From contig JBGPIA010000014.1 in the NCBI GenBank assembly GCA_041484665.1, forward strand, positions 32,001 to 96,000: DNA of 64,000 nt, given 5' to 3'. Position 1 is the first letter of the stretch. The number at the start of each line of letters is the position of its first letter. Below are positions 9,661-20,991 of the stretch, in pieces. The notes below the pieces were generated by a model. That model was not told the DNA's origin. It was given only the letters and a program-made list of their open reading frames with translations, and made no database searches. A program made the translations under genes and the position numbers. The stretch is from Candidatus Krumholzibacteriia bacterium (GTDB taxonomy: Bacteria; Krumholzibacteriota; Krumholzibacteriia; JAJRXK01).

Positions 9661-10500
9661 CTATGCCGCCGCCGGCTTGCGCGCCTCGATGCACAGCATC
9701 GGGATCGTGAGGGCGAGGTCGCCGCGCTGCGCGGCGACAGCGTTGAGCTTGCGCTCCAGCGCGACGAACGTCGCCGCGACCGAGTCCGCGGCAACGATCG
9801 ACTTCCACGCGGGGACGAAACCCAGACGGATGAACCAGTGGCGCAGCAGTGCTGAACCGTCGGCAAAGCGCATGCGAAACGAGCTTGTGACGGCGTCCAC
9901 GACCTCGAATCCCGCGCCGGTGACCAACTGCCCGATCGACTCGAGCGTGCCGCGGTGGGCGATGTGGGCGTCGAGGGTGGCCAGCCGATCGGTCATGCCG
10001 AGCTCGACCAGCGTGGCGCGGTAGATCTCGTAGAACTCGCGCATGTGCCCCACCGTGTTGGTGGTGAGGAAGAGCTGCGCGCCGGGCTTCGCCACCCGAA
10101 AACAGGTGCGCAGCACCGCGTCCGGGTGATCGAAGTTGTTGATCCCGAGGTTGGACACGACGAGGTCGATCGACGCCTCGGGCAAATCGAGGGCCGCCGC
10201 GTCCTGCTCGAGCACGGAGACGTTGTCGATCTGGCGGTGAGCGACCTTGCGGCGCAGCCGCTGTACGGCGGTCGCCCAGGGATCCACCGCGATGACCCTC
10301 GCCTGCGGGCCACAGCGCTGTGCCAGCTCCAGGGCCAAGAAGCCCGTGCCGGTGCCGACGTCGAGGATGGAGAGGCCCGGCCGCAGCGGCAGGCGCTCCA
10401 GCAGCAGCAGGCCGAACGGCGCGGACCACAGCGGCAGTTCGTCGTAGAGATCGCCGAACTCGGGCGCTGTGGGATCGATGTCCTGGGCGTGCTCCATCAT
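9661..10500 (-). CDS. Class I SAM-dependent methyltransferase
   Basis: ILDVGTGTG motif I, VIAVDP, IDLVVSNLG, KPGA. Confidence 0.85.
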   Translation of the reverse strand: MMEHAQDIDPTAPEFGDLYDELPLWSAPFGLLLLERLPLRPGLSILDVGTGTGFLALELAQRCGPQARVIAVDPWATAVQRLRRKVAHRQIDNVSVLEQDAAALDLPEASIDLVVSNLGINNFDHPDAVLRTCFRVAKPGAQLFLTTNTVGHMREFYEIYRATLVELGMTDRLATLDAHIAHRGTLESIGQLVTGAGFEVVDAVTSSFRMRFADGSALLRHWFIRLGFVPAWKSIVAADSVAATFVALERKLNAVAAQRGDLALTIPMLCIEARKPAAA

Positions 10501-10517
10501 CTTACGTGCCCCCGCTT

Positions 10518-10811
10518 TCAGGGCTCTTGAGCAAGCGTGCGCGTCGCGGCCTCCCGCACGGCAAGCTCGATGTCGCCGGGATCCGTCAACCGGAAGCCGA
10601 AGTGGCCGATGCCACCGGCGGCGCCGGCGGCCGACTCATTGCGCTCGAACGCGATGACATCGTGGGCTCCCGGTCCCTGCGCCTGGATGCTGCTCTCGTC
10701 GCGATCGTACTCCTTCATGCCGAACAGCTCCCGATAGAAGCGCAGCGACCGCTCGGGATCCGAGACGGCGAGGCTGATGTGGGTGAGTCCGTGCGTCTTG
10801 ACCATCGGCAT
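10518..10811 (-). pseudogene. VOC/glyoxalase family gene, apparently C-terminally truncated
   Basis: GLTHISLAVSDPERSLRFY and HFGFR present, but ends before the usual terminal DPDG..E strand. Confidence 0.6.
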
Positions 10812-10835
10812 CTCCTCGTCTGCGCGGCCCGCGGG

Positions 10836-11198
10836 TCACCGGGTCACCGGGTGCTGCGGCCGCCGGATGGGACCGCGCCGCAGCGCGCGCACGGTCTCCA
10901 CGGCGTGCAGGAACAGCCGGCGCCCGACACCCCGGCCGTACAGCGAGGGGACGATCTAGAGGTGCTCGAGCCACTACCGCTCGCCCCGGTCCTCGAGCCC
11001 GTAGAAGCCCGCGACCGTGCCGGCGACCGCAGCAGCGAACACGACGTGGCGCTCAAAGTAGTCGGGGGAGACCTGGAGAGCTCCCTCCCATGCCTGCAGC
11101 CAGGCTGCCGGGTAGCCCCAGTGGGCCTTGGCCGCGCGCGTGATCTCCGTCAGCCGCGCCGCGTCCGCGACAGTCGCGCTTGCGAGTTCGAGTTCCAT
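10836..11198 (-). pseudogene. GNAT acetyltransferase pseudogene
   Basis: AKAHWGYP..GFYGLEDRGER*WLEHL*IVPSLYGRGVGRRLF: in-frame TAG at 10974-10976 and 10956-10958; C-terminus lost. Confidence 0.8.
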
Positions 11199-11293
11199 CG
11201 TTCCCCCGCCCACCCGTTCCCGGCGCGAGTCCCGGCGCAGAGCGCAGCGTGCGAGCTGGCGTACCCCCAACCGCATCTCGCGGACGCGTCGCC

Positions 11294-11653
11294 TCAGGCC
11301 TGGTCGGCCTGCTGAGCGTCGGGCGCGAGATGGAACCGCTGCAGCGTGTGGTGGAGGACCGGGCCCAGCATCACACCGGCCAGCACCAGGAACACGATGC
11401 CGGCGAACAGCGCGTAGAGTCCCGCCAGCCACTTGCCCGCAATCGTGTGGAGCGGATCGACCGGCCCCATGCCTCCCAGCAGCATCGCGGCGTTCAGGAA
11501 GGCATCTGGCCAGGCAAGCCCCTCGACCCAGTGATAGATCGCCATCCCCACTGCGAGCGTACCGATGCCCAAAGGCAGCAACGAGAACCCGTGGGTGAGC
11601 ATCCGGCGGGCGAGCTGCCAGGGCCGGTGTGCCGGGGGGAGATCATGCGGCAT
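11294..11653 (-). CDS. Small two-TM membrane protein (ion-channel pore-like fold)
   Basis: GMAIYHWVEGLAWPDAFLNAAMLLGGMGPV..GKWLAGLYALFAG. Confidence 0.7.
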   Translation of the reverse strand: MPHDLPPAHRPWQLARRMLTHGFSLLPLGIGTLAVGMAIYHWVEGLAWPDAFLNAAMLLGGMGPVDPLHTIAGKWLAGLYALFAGIVFLVLAGVMLGPVLHHTLQRFHLAPDAQQADQA

Positions 11654-11667
11654 CTTGGGCACTCCTC

Positions 11668-11955
11668 TCACATCCCTTCCACGAGGATCATCTTCGTCCT
11701 GGCCGCTGCGTGCCGCAGCGCCTTCGCTGGCCGGTAGGCCTCCGATTCCCACCACTCCCTGGCGCGCTGCGCCGTCGGGAACTCCAGCACGACGAGGCGC
11801 CCGGGATACCAGCCTCCCTCGAGCGCATCGACCCTGCCCCCCCGGACGACGTACTTCCCGCCGTATGCCCTGACGGTTGGGGCGGCGAGGTTCTTGTATT
11901 CCGCGTAGCGAACGGGATCGGTGACGTCGATGTCCACAATCACCAGAGCTGTCAT
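11668..11955 (-). CDS. DUF1330 domain protein
   Basis: YGGKYVVRGG..LEG..RLVVLEFP..WWESEAY..R..ILVEG. Confidence 0.88.
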   Translation of the reverse strand: MTALVIVDIDVTDPVRYAEYKNLAAPTVRAYGGKYVVRGGRVDALEGGWYPGRLVVLEFPTAQRAREWWESEAYRPAKALRHAAARTKMILVEGM

Positions 11956-12018
11956 GGCTTCGTTCCTTGCCTTTGCGACCTGGTCGCGTCCGCCGCGCGT
12001 GCGGGTCGAGCCGCGCGG

Positions 12019-12309
12019 TCAGCCCGCCGAGCTGCGCTTCCAGCGTTCCAGTCGCGCAATCCCGCCGGTGAAGAGGCTGGCGAGCAGGCCCGGGAATCCC
12101 ACCTCGCGCAGCTTCCCTTTCACGCGCTCCTTCATCTGGCCGACGGTGAGATCCGGCATGGTGAAGCGCCCCTGCTGGTAGCAGTGGGAGCAGTACATGA
12201 CGCTCTTGCTGCCGTCGGCGTTCGTGCCCCCGCCCGCAGCATCGCGCTTGAGCGGCATCCCGCAGGACTGACACTTCTTGAAGCTCCGCCCTGATTCCAC
12301 CGGAACCAT
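12019..12309 (-). CDS. Putative zinc-ribbon domain protein
   Basis: CQSCGMPL..GTNADGSKS..YCSHCYQQGRFT..LERWK; RBS AAGGAG. Confidence 0.85.
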   Translation of the reverse strand: MVPVESGRSFKKCQSCGMPLKRDAAGGGTNADGSKSVMYCSHCYQQGRFTMPDLTVGQMKERVKGKLREVGFPGLLASLFTGGIARLERWKRSSAG

Positions 12310-12436
12310 CTCCTTTCGTGCGCGCTGACGTGCTCGACAAGAGCCGTGTCGCCTGGTCCGTGGTGTCATCTTTGGCTCGCCGTCGCGCTGGATCGGCTCG
12401 GCCGGCGATGTCCTCCGCTCGAATGCGCCTCCGCCC

Positions 12437-13861
12437 CTACCAGGTCCGCCGCAGAGGATGGGCCTCGGTATTGAAGACGACCAAGTCGAGATCCACGGTG
12501 GCTTCGGGGGCGAATAGCAGGTACAGGTACTTCAGCGTCTCGGCCAGGAAATAGCTGGGCATGAGGTCGCCCTGCTCTTTAGTCACCACGTCCTTGAGGG
12601 TCGTGTAGCCGGCATCGGTCCGGCAGTGCGCCACGAGCCCCTCGAAGAACGTCCGGCCCATGTCGAGGTAGCGCGGGTCCTTCGTGATCCAGTGGAGGCA
12701 GTAGGCCGACTCGATGATCTCGGGCCGCAAGGGGTACCCGGGATTCGTCACCTGCAGCGTCGTGTAATCGAGGACCTCGGGCTCGATCCCGTGCAGGCTC
12801 CACATCTTCAGGCACGAGTCCTGGAGCCGTCGCGCACGGTCGAGGTCGCCTCCCAGCGCCAGCACGGCCGGCAGGAATGCGTGCAGCGCTCCGAACTCCG
12901 TGGCCGTGCGCTTGGCGGTCGCCATGTCCACCTGACCGTACCAGAGTCCAGTGGGGGCGTCGTCCGCCAGATGCTTGTTGAGGGCGTGGAGGCTCGCCCG
13001 CCACATCCGCGCGCAGTCCTTGTCAGCGAAGAGCCGCGCGCCCTTCATGAGATACTCGTAGTACGAGTCAATCCCCCCGCCCACGTGGCTGGCCGGGCTG
13101 ATCCACTTGCCCGCCTCGACGTCGATCTCCTCACCCACCAGACCGAGCTTCGAGCGCCGCTCGTACAGCGCGACGAGGGCGTGCTTCGCCTTGTCGTAGA
13201 AGACAGGCTTGTGCGTGAGACGCGCAAGCGTGCCGAACTCCAGGAAGAGCGTCCCGATCTCGGCCGGGTTGGAGCGAGCGCCGCTGGTCGTGCCGGTCTT
13301 GAGATTCACGTACATGTAGGGCATGCCGGTGGGGGAGCCGAAGGCGGGTAGCAGCCGCGTCCCCAGGTCCTCCGCGAGCCGCAGCAGCCGCGCGTCGCCG
13401 GTCATCTGATAGCTCGAGAGCAGCCCGCCCAGGATGCGGATCGTGATCTCGAAGTTCTTGACCGAGATGTCCTTGTCGAAGGAGAGCTGCTCGGCGATCA
13501 GGGTCTTCGCCTTCTGCGCCTCGTCGGTGAGCCCCATCAGGATCAGCGTGTCCAGTGCGTCCACCGGCGTCATGCACAGGGACTCGCCGTACCAATCCCG
13601 AACGGTTCTGGTGACGGGCTTGAGCTCGTCGTGACCCCACGCGTACTGCGCGTACGCCTGCCATGCGAAGAGCAGCTCGGCGCGGATCCGGTCGGCGTAC
13701 TCTGCGCGCAACTCGGGCGTCCATGCGGAGTGATCCCGGGAGGCTGGCGCAGGGGCGGACCCCGATGCCGCACCAGCGCTGGCGGCCGACAACGAGGCGC
13801 ACAGCGCCCAGGACATGACGAAGACCAGGGACCGGGGTCTGATGACGGGCCTGGTTCCCAT
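12437..13861 (-). CDS. Secreted glycoside hydrolase family 47 (alpha-1,2-mannosidase-like)
   Basis: Signal peptide; YAWGHDELKP, VDALDTL, FEITIRILGGLLS, DSYYEY, LRPEIIES, SYFLAETLKYLYLLF, FNTEAHP. Confidence 0.93.
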   Translation of the reverse strand: MGTRPVIRPRSLVFVMSWALCASLSAASAGAASGSAPAPASRDHSAWTPELRAEYADRIRAELLFAWQAYAQYAWGHDELKPVTRTVRDWYGESLCMTPVDALDTLILMGLTDEAQKAKTLIAEQLSFDKDISVKNFEITIRILGGLLSSYQMTGDARLLRLAEDLGTRLLPAFGSPTGMPYMYVNLKTGTTSGARSNPAEIGTLFLEFGTLARLTHKPVFYDKAKHALVALYERRSKLGLVGEEIDVEAGKWISPASHVGGGIDSYYEYLMKGARLFADKDCARMWRASLHALNKHLADDAPTGLWYGQVDMATAKRTATEFGALHAFLPAVLALGGDLDRARRLQDSCLKMWSLHGIEPEVLDYTTLQVTNPGYPLRPEIIESAYCLHWITKDPRYLDMGRTFFEGLVAHCRTDAGYTTLKDVVTKEQGDLMPSYFLAETLKYLYLLFAPEATVDLDLVVFNTEAHPLRRTW

Positions 13862-13982
13862 GGGAGCAGCCTCCGATTCCCTGGCGGCCTCGATGGCAGA
13901 CGCGAAACGCTAGAACGGCGCGCGGGCCGCGTCAATTGGTCGCTCCGCGCGGTCGCAACGCGGCAACGCCCCCAGCGGGCGA

Positions 13983-14357
13983 TCAGAGCTCGCCATCCAG
14001 CGGCGCCACACGGAATACCTGCCCGCCGGGCGCTTGGAAGAAGAAGCGCGTCGGGTCGGGATACTCGACCTCGCGCACACCGAAGGCCAGCAGCTGCGTC
14101 TTCAGCGCCGCGGGATCCTCCACCTTCAGCTCCATCCAGGTCGCCTTCAGGTGCTCGGCCTCCGAAAGCGTCTCCGCATCGGAAGTGAAGAACAGGCCGA
14201 GCACGAAGCCGCCGGAGAACTCGTACAGATCGAGGTCGGGACGCGGGCTGTCCAGTGGCCGGCACCCGAGGACCGTCGCATAGAACTCCCGCGCCTGGGA
14301 GCGCAGGCGCTCCGGGACCGTCATCTTGAGGTGATTGCCAACTCGAACGCTTTCCAT
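13983..14357 (-). CDS. VOC/glyoxalase-like protein
   Basis: REFYATVLG..WMELKV..FFFQAPGGQVFR. Confidence 0.7.
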   Translation of the reverse strand: MESVRVGNHLKMTVPERLRSQAREFYATVLGCRPLDSPRPDLDLYEFSGGFVLGLFFTSDAETLSEAEHLKATWMELKVEDPAALKTQLLAFGVREVEYPDPTRFFFQAPGGQVFRVAPLDGEL

Positions 14358-14413
14358 GGTTCCTCCTGGAATGGGCTGGGGGCAGCCCCGCGCGCGCCGC
14401 GGGCTCTGTCGTC

Positions 14414-14887
14414 TCACACGTCGAGCTGCACGATGCGCGCGTCGATCGAGCCGCGCGTAACGGTAAGCAGAGCCACCGCCACCGGAAGCGAGAACCTGCG
14501 CGGGCCAGCGCTTCCCGGATTGACAAAGATGACTCCGTTGTGGCGCTCGACTGCTGGCCGATGCGAGTGTCCGGAGATGACCGCATGAAAGCCGGCGCCA
14601 GCGGGATCCAGGTCGAGGTCGTGCCGGTCGTGCACGACGTACAGGAGTACGCCTGCCACCTCGACCACCTCGGTCGCGGCAAGGGCATCGGCCCACGCTT
14701 CCCGATCGTTGTTCCCACGGACTGCCACGACCGGCGCCAGCTCGCGCAACCCCGCCAGGATGCTGGATGCTCCGATGTCGCCGGCGTGGACGATCAGGCT
14801 CGTGCCGCGCAGCGCGGCCAGCGCCTCATCGCGCAGGAGGCCGTGGGTATCGGAGATCACGCCGATCGATGTCGTGTCCTGGGTCAT
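14414..14887 (-). CDS. Metallophosphoesterase (YfcE/MJ0936 family)
   Basis: ISDTHG, HAGDIG, VRGNND, SGHSH, NPGSAG. Confidence 0.92.
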   Translation of the reverse strand: MTQDTTSIGVISDTHGLLRDEALAALRGTSLIVHAGDIGASSILAGLRELAPVVAVRGNNDREAWADALAATEVVEVAGVLLYVVHDRHDLDLDPAGAGFHAVISGHSHRPAVERHNGVIFVNPGSAGPRRFSLPVAVALLTVTRGSIDARIVQLDV

Positions 14888-14975
14888 GGAAGTCCTGCCG
14901 GGGGGAATGCCGTACAGCGTCACGCATCGAGCGGGCGGCGGGCGTGCTGCGCTCGTGCGGCGTGCGTGGCGGCGA

Positions 14976-15149
14976 CTACGCTGGGGATGTCTCCCTCGAT
15001 TTCGCAAAGGGGTCGCCGCACAGATCGGAGCGCAGCCGCGCCCGTTCGCGGTCGATCTGCTCGGGAGTCGCACCCAGCTCGCCGAGAATGGACCCGGTCA
15101 CCGCCAGGGCCACTTCCCCCTCTCCGGAGAACCGGACTGTCCCGGTCAC
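14976..15149 (-). pseudogene. Gene relic resembling the C-terminus of a cation:proton antiporter
   Basis: FSGEGEVALAVTGSILGELGATPEQIDRERARLR; similarity recalled from memory, no N-terminal part present. Confidence 0.45.
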
Positions 15150-15547
15150 CGGCCTGTGAACAGCGTGCGCTCGTCGACGAAACAGAGCCGATTGCCGAAG
15201 GGATCCTCGGCGTAGAAGGACCGTTCGCCCCAGGGGCGGGTGACGATCTCGCCCGCGGTCTGGTCGTGCTTGTCGCCCGCCGCCAGGCATGCCAGCTCCC
15301 GCGCGCGCGCGTACACCGCCTCGAGGTCCTTCACCGCGAAGTAGACGTAGTCGGGGATGGGCTTCGCTTTGCCGCCCCCGCCGCTGGGATCCAGGACGGC
15401 GAGGATGACAGGGCCGCAGTCGAAGTAATGGCGGGCTCCGTGGATCCTCGTCCCCTTGGCACCCAGCAGCTTCGAGTAGAATTCGGCCGCCTTCTCCAGA
15501 TCGGACACCTGCAGCGTTACGCGGAACAACCGCGGAGCGTCAGCCAT
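15146..15547 (-). CDS. VOC/glyoxalase family protein
   Basis: VSDLEKAAEFY..YFAVKDL..RPWGERSFYAEDPFGNRLCF. Confidence 0.88.
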   Translation of the reverse strand: MADAPRLFRVTLQVSDLEKAAEFYSKLLGAKGTRIHGARHYFDCGPVILAVLDPSGGGGKAKPIPDYVYFAVKDLEAVYARARELACLAAGDKHDQTAGEIVTRPWGERSFYAEDPFGNRLCFVDERTLFTGR

Positions 15548-15621
15548 CGCTCGTCTCCTTGGAATCGGGGGAGTTCCGGATCGCAGGGCGTCGCGCCGGC
15601 CGCCCGCGCGCGGGCGCCCCG

Positions 15622-16095
15622 TCACGCTCCGCCGAACATCGCCTTCGTCCGCTTCTCGATCTCCTCGGGCGACACGTCCTCCTTGTGGGTCCCGATGATC
15701 CAGACGTGGCCGAAGGGGTCCTCCAGGCGCCCGGAGCGGTCGCCGTAGAATTGGTCCTCCACGGGACTGAGCAGCTTCGCGCCGGCCGACAGCGCCCGGC
15801 TCGCCAGCGCGTCCACGTCCTCGACGTAGAGCGCGAGTCTCACCGAGGAGCCACCGAGCGACTGCGGGCTGTGGTTTCCCCATTCCAGGGACTCCTCGGC
15901 GAGCATGATCGTCGAGTCGCCGATGCGGATCTCCGCATGCAGGATCTTTCCGCTGGCATCTGCCAGCCGCCCCGGAAGCTCTGTCGCGCCGAACGCCTTC
16001 TTGTAGAAGTCGATGGCGCGGGCAGCGTCCCGGACGCCGATGTAAGGTGTCACTGCGTGGAAGCCTTCCGGGATGGGCTTCACTTTGCTCTTCAT
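15622..16095 (-). CDS. VOC family protein (PhnB-like)
   Basis: IPEGFHAVTPY..AIDFYKKAFGA..HAEIRIGDS..DQFYGDRSGRLEDPFGHVW. Confidence 0.92.
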   Translation of the reverse strand: MKSKVKPIPEGFHAVTPYIGVRDAARAIDFYKKAFGATELPGRLADASGKILHAEIRIGDSTIMLAEESLEWGNHSPQSLGGSSVRLALYVEDVDALASRALSAGAKLLSPVEDQFYGDRSGRLEDPFGHVWIIGTHKEDVSPEEIEKRTKAMFGGA

Positions 16096-16204
16096 GGGAC
16101 CTCTCCTTGTTGAATCAGCCTTGAGCCGGGGGAGTTCATTCCAACAGAGATTCGCGCGATCCAACTCGGCGTACCGGATGCCCGCGTGGACCACCATCGC
16201 CGCG

Positions 16205-18355
<2,151 letters not shown>

Positions 18356-18504
18356 GCCATCCCTGACCTGCTCACCTTGGTGTTCGCACGTATGGGGGCC
18401 GCCGGTGGGCGGGACGTCTCAGCCCCCCGGGTCCGGCGGCGCGGCTACTGCGTGGCTTCTGCGCGGCTTCAGGGTACACCGGCGGCGCCCCCTCCTCCAC
18501 CGTA

Positions 18505-18671
18505 TCGTCCGGCCCCGCTGGATCGTCCTACGCCGGCCGTGTCGTCCTGCCCCGGCTGGGTCGTCCTGCCCTGGCTGGATCGTCCTGTCCTGGCTGGATC
18601 GTCCTACGCCGGCGGTAGTGTCCGGCCCCGGCCGGGTCGTCCTGCCCTGGCTGGATCGTCCTGTCCTGGCT
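18505..18671. repeat. Intergenic ~19-bp minisatellite (about 9 degenerate units)
   Basis: Units like TCGTCCTGCCCTGGCTGGA and TCGTCCTGTCCTGGCTGGA in tandem. Confidence 0.85.
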
Positions 18672-18707
18672 CGAGCTGCTGGTGGCTCTGGCCCTGCGGC
18701 AGGTCGA

Positions 18708-19481
18708 TCAAACGACCCCGCGAGCATGGGATGCCCGCCCCACGCGCAGGAGCAGCGGCCAGGTGATGCGCCGCGACCTCTGCGAGCGACCCCACTGCGC
18801 AGCAAGCTCTGCGGTCAGCGGCTCGACGGGGTCGTGGCCTTGCGCCTCGCGGTAGCGGATCGTCGCGGACCATGTCCCCAGGTACCCGAGCAGCTGCGGC
18901 AGGGTCCAATCCGCAACCATCTCGAAGGCCGGAGCCGGAAGCTCGTCGAACGGGAATGCGAGCATGCGGTACCCGTTCTCGACCAGGCGACGCGCCGGCG
19001 GCCAATAGGGGCCCACCACGTTCGAATAGAAACGTCGGATAGCATCGTCGATCGCCGCAGGCTCGATTCGCAGAATCGCGTAACACCAGACAGCCAGGAC
19101 GCCCCCCGGCGCCAGCACGCGGCGCACTTCGGTATAGAAGCGATCGAGGTCGAGCCAGTGCAGCGCCTGGGCGACGATCACCAGATCGATGGACGCGGCG
19201 TCGAGTCCGCTCGCCTCCGCCGGGGCAACGCGGTACTCGACCTGCGCGTGCGCGGGCGCCGCCGCGAGCTGAGCAGCGCTGGCATCGGTGGCGATCACCC
19301 GCCGGAAGTACGGCGCCAGGTCGAGCGTGGCCTGGCCGCTGCCGGCGGCGCAATCCCAGGCCAGCTCGCGTCGCGGGGCGAGGCCAGCCAGGTACGCGAA
19401 GAGCGCCGCCGGATACCGGGGGCGGTAGGTTGCGTACTCGGGGGCGATGGACGAGAAGTGGTCCGCGAAGGAGTCCCGCAT
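18708..19481 (-). CDS. Class I SAM-dependent methyltransferase (Methyltransf_11 type)
   Basis: YATYRPRYP, AWDCAAGSGQAT, VAQALHW, LAPGG. Confidence 0.9.
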   Translation of the reverse strand: MRDSFADHFSSIAPEYATYRPRYPAALFAYLAGLAPRRELAWDCAAGSGQATLDLAPYFRRVIATDASAAQLAAAPAHAQVEYRVAPAEASGLDAASIDLVIVAQALHWLDLDRFYTEVRRVLAPGGVLAVWCYAILRIEPAAIDDAIRRFYSNVVGPYWPPARRLVENGYRMLAFPFDELPAPAFEMVADWTLPQLLGYLGTWSATIRYREAQGHDPVEPLTAELAAQWGRSQRSRRITWPLLLRVGRASHARGVV

Positions 19482-19556
19482 GTCACGCGCGTCCCACGGC
19501 TTGCAGCCGCGGGTGCGACCAGGTGGAACGAGACGCGGTCGGGCTGCGGCGGCGGA

Positions 19557-20759
19557 TCATCCCGCTGCTCGCTCGTGCAGCAGCGCGACGATCTCGGCGT
19601 GCTTCCCGTGCTTGGCCCAGCCCAGGGGCGTGGCGTTGAAGCCCGTCTCCAGGGCGGTGATGTCGGCGCCGTGCTCCAGCAGAGCACGCACGGTCTCGAG
19701 GTACCCCCCGCCCGCCGCCAGGTGAAGGGGAGTCGGCGCGCCGTCCTGCGCGCCCTGCCTCGGGGCGGCGCCGGCCTCGAGCAGGGCGCGCGCTCCCGCG
19801 TGGTGGCCGTGCGTGGCAGCCAGGTGCAGAGGCGCCATCATCGTCGGACGCTCGCCGGTGAGGTGTTGCGTTTGGGCGTTCGGGTTCGCGCCGTGACGCA
19901 AGAGGAGGCGTGACGGCTCGGCCAGTCCCGCGGAAGCGGCGAAGAACAAAAGCTGGGTGCGCAGGTCGCCCACTGAGGCGCCAGCCGGTGCGCCGGCCCG
20001 CAGCTGGGTCGCCATCGCTGCCGGATCACCCGCAAACAGCGCCATCGAGAGATCCTCGACCGCGCCGCGGGCTCGCAGCAGGCTCTCCGTCGCCGTGTCC
20101 TTGCTCGCCAGCGCGAGCGCCAGAGGCGTCAGGCCCCACGCCGTATACGTCGTGACATCCGCTGCCAGGTCGAGCAGCAGTCGGACCATCTCCGGCAGGC
20201 GCCGCGCGACGGCGAGGTGCAGCGGCTGCGCCCGCGAGTCCAGGAATCCGAGTCGCCGCGAGAGCACCAGAGGATCGGAAGTCGCCAACGTGCGCACGGC
20301 GTCGCGGTTGTCCATGACCATCGCCGTGAAAATATCGAGCCGTGCGCCGGCTTCGTGCAGGTAGGCCGCCGTCGCGGCCCTGTCCTCGTGGAACTGCGGA
20401 GCCCATCTGACGACCGTCGCCCAACCCAGCGGAGAGAGGCGGTGCCAGCCATCGAGCGTCTCGAGGTCGGCGCCGCGCTCGACGAGCATCCTGGCGATCG
20501 CGGTGTGACCGCCCTCCGCTGCCCAGCGCAGCGGCGTACTGTCGCTCGCCGTCTCACGCGCGTGGATGTCGGCGCCTGCCGCCAGCAGTGCCGCGACGAT
20601 CTCCTGCAGACCGCGATGGGCAGCGAAGTACAGCGGCGTGCTGCCGAGGTAGGTGTCGCGGGCGGCCGCCAAGGCGGGTTGCGCGGCCAGAGCGCGTAGC
20701 ACTGGTTCGGTTTGCCTGCCGTTGATCTTCTCAAAGCGCTCGCCAGGGGACATGGGCAT
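19557..20759 (-). CDS. Ankyrin repeat protein
   Basis: Multiple TPL(H/Y)xAA..G..LL..GAD repeats. Confidence 0.9.
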   Translation of the reverse strand: MPMSPGERFEKINGRQTEPVLRALAAQPALAAARDTYLGSTPLYFAAHRGLQEIVAALLAAGADIHARETASDSTPLRWAAEGGHTAIARMLVERGADLETLDGWHRLSPLGWATVVRWAPQFHEDRAATAAYLHEAGARLDIFTAMVMDNRDAVRTLATSDPLVLSRRLGFLDSRAQPLHLAVARRLPEMVRLLLDLAADVTTYTAWGLTPLALALASKDTATESLLRARGAVEDLSMALFAGDPAAMATQLRAGAPAGASVGDLRTQLLFFAASAGLAEPSRLLLRHGANPNAQTQHLTGERPTMMAPLHLAATHGHHAGARALLEAGAAPRQGAQDGAPTPLHLAAGGGYLETVRALLEHGADITALETGFNATPLGWAKHGKHAEIVALLHERAAG

Positions 20760-20991
20760 GCGCGGTAGCCTGCTCGTGGGGGTTGAGTGTTCCGGGCGGA
20801 CCTCGGCCGGGCCCCTTGCAGTGGGTCAGCCATGATATATCGCGAAGACCAATCTGGGCGACGTGGACGCGCTGCGACCCGCTCGGACCTGCGCGGGCCC
20901 CTGGGGGTGACCCCAGTCGGTGCTGGGCGCCCGCGCCATGACAGAGCCGCTGCTTCGCCGCTCGCATCGCGCTCCAAAGCCGTCCCGGCGA

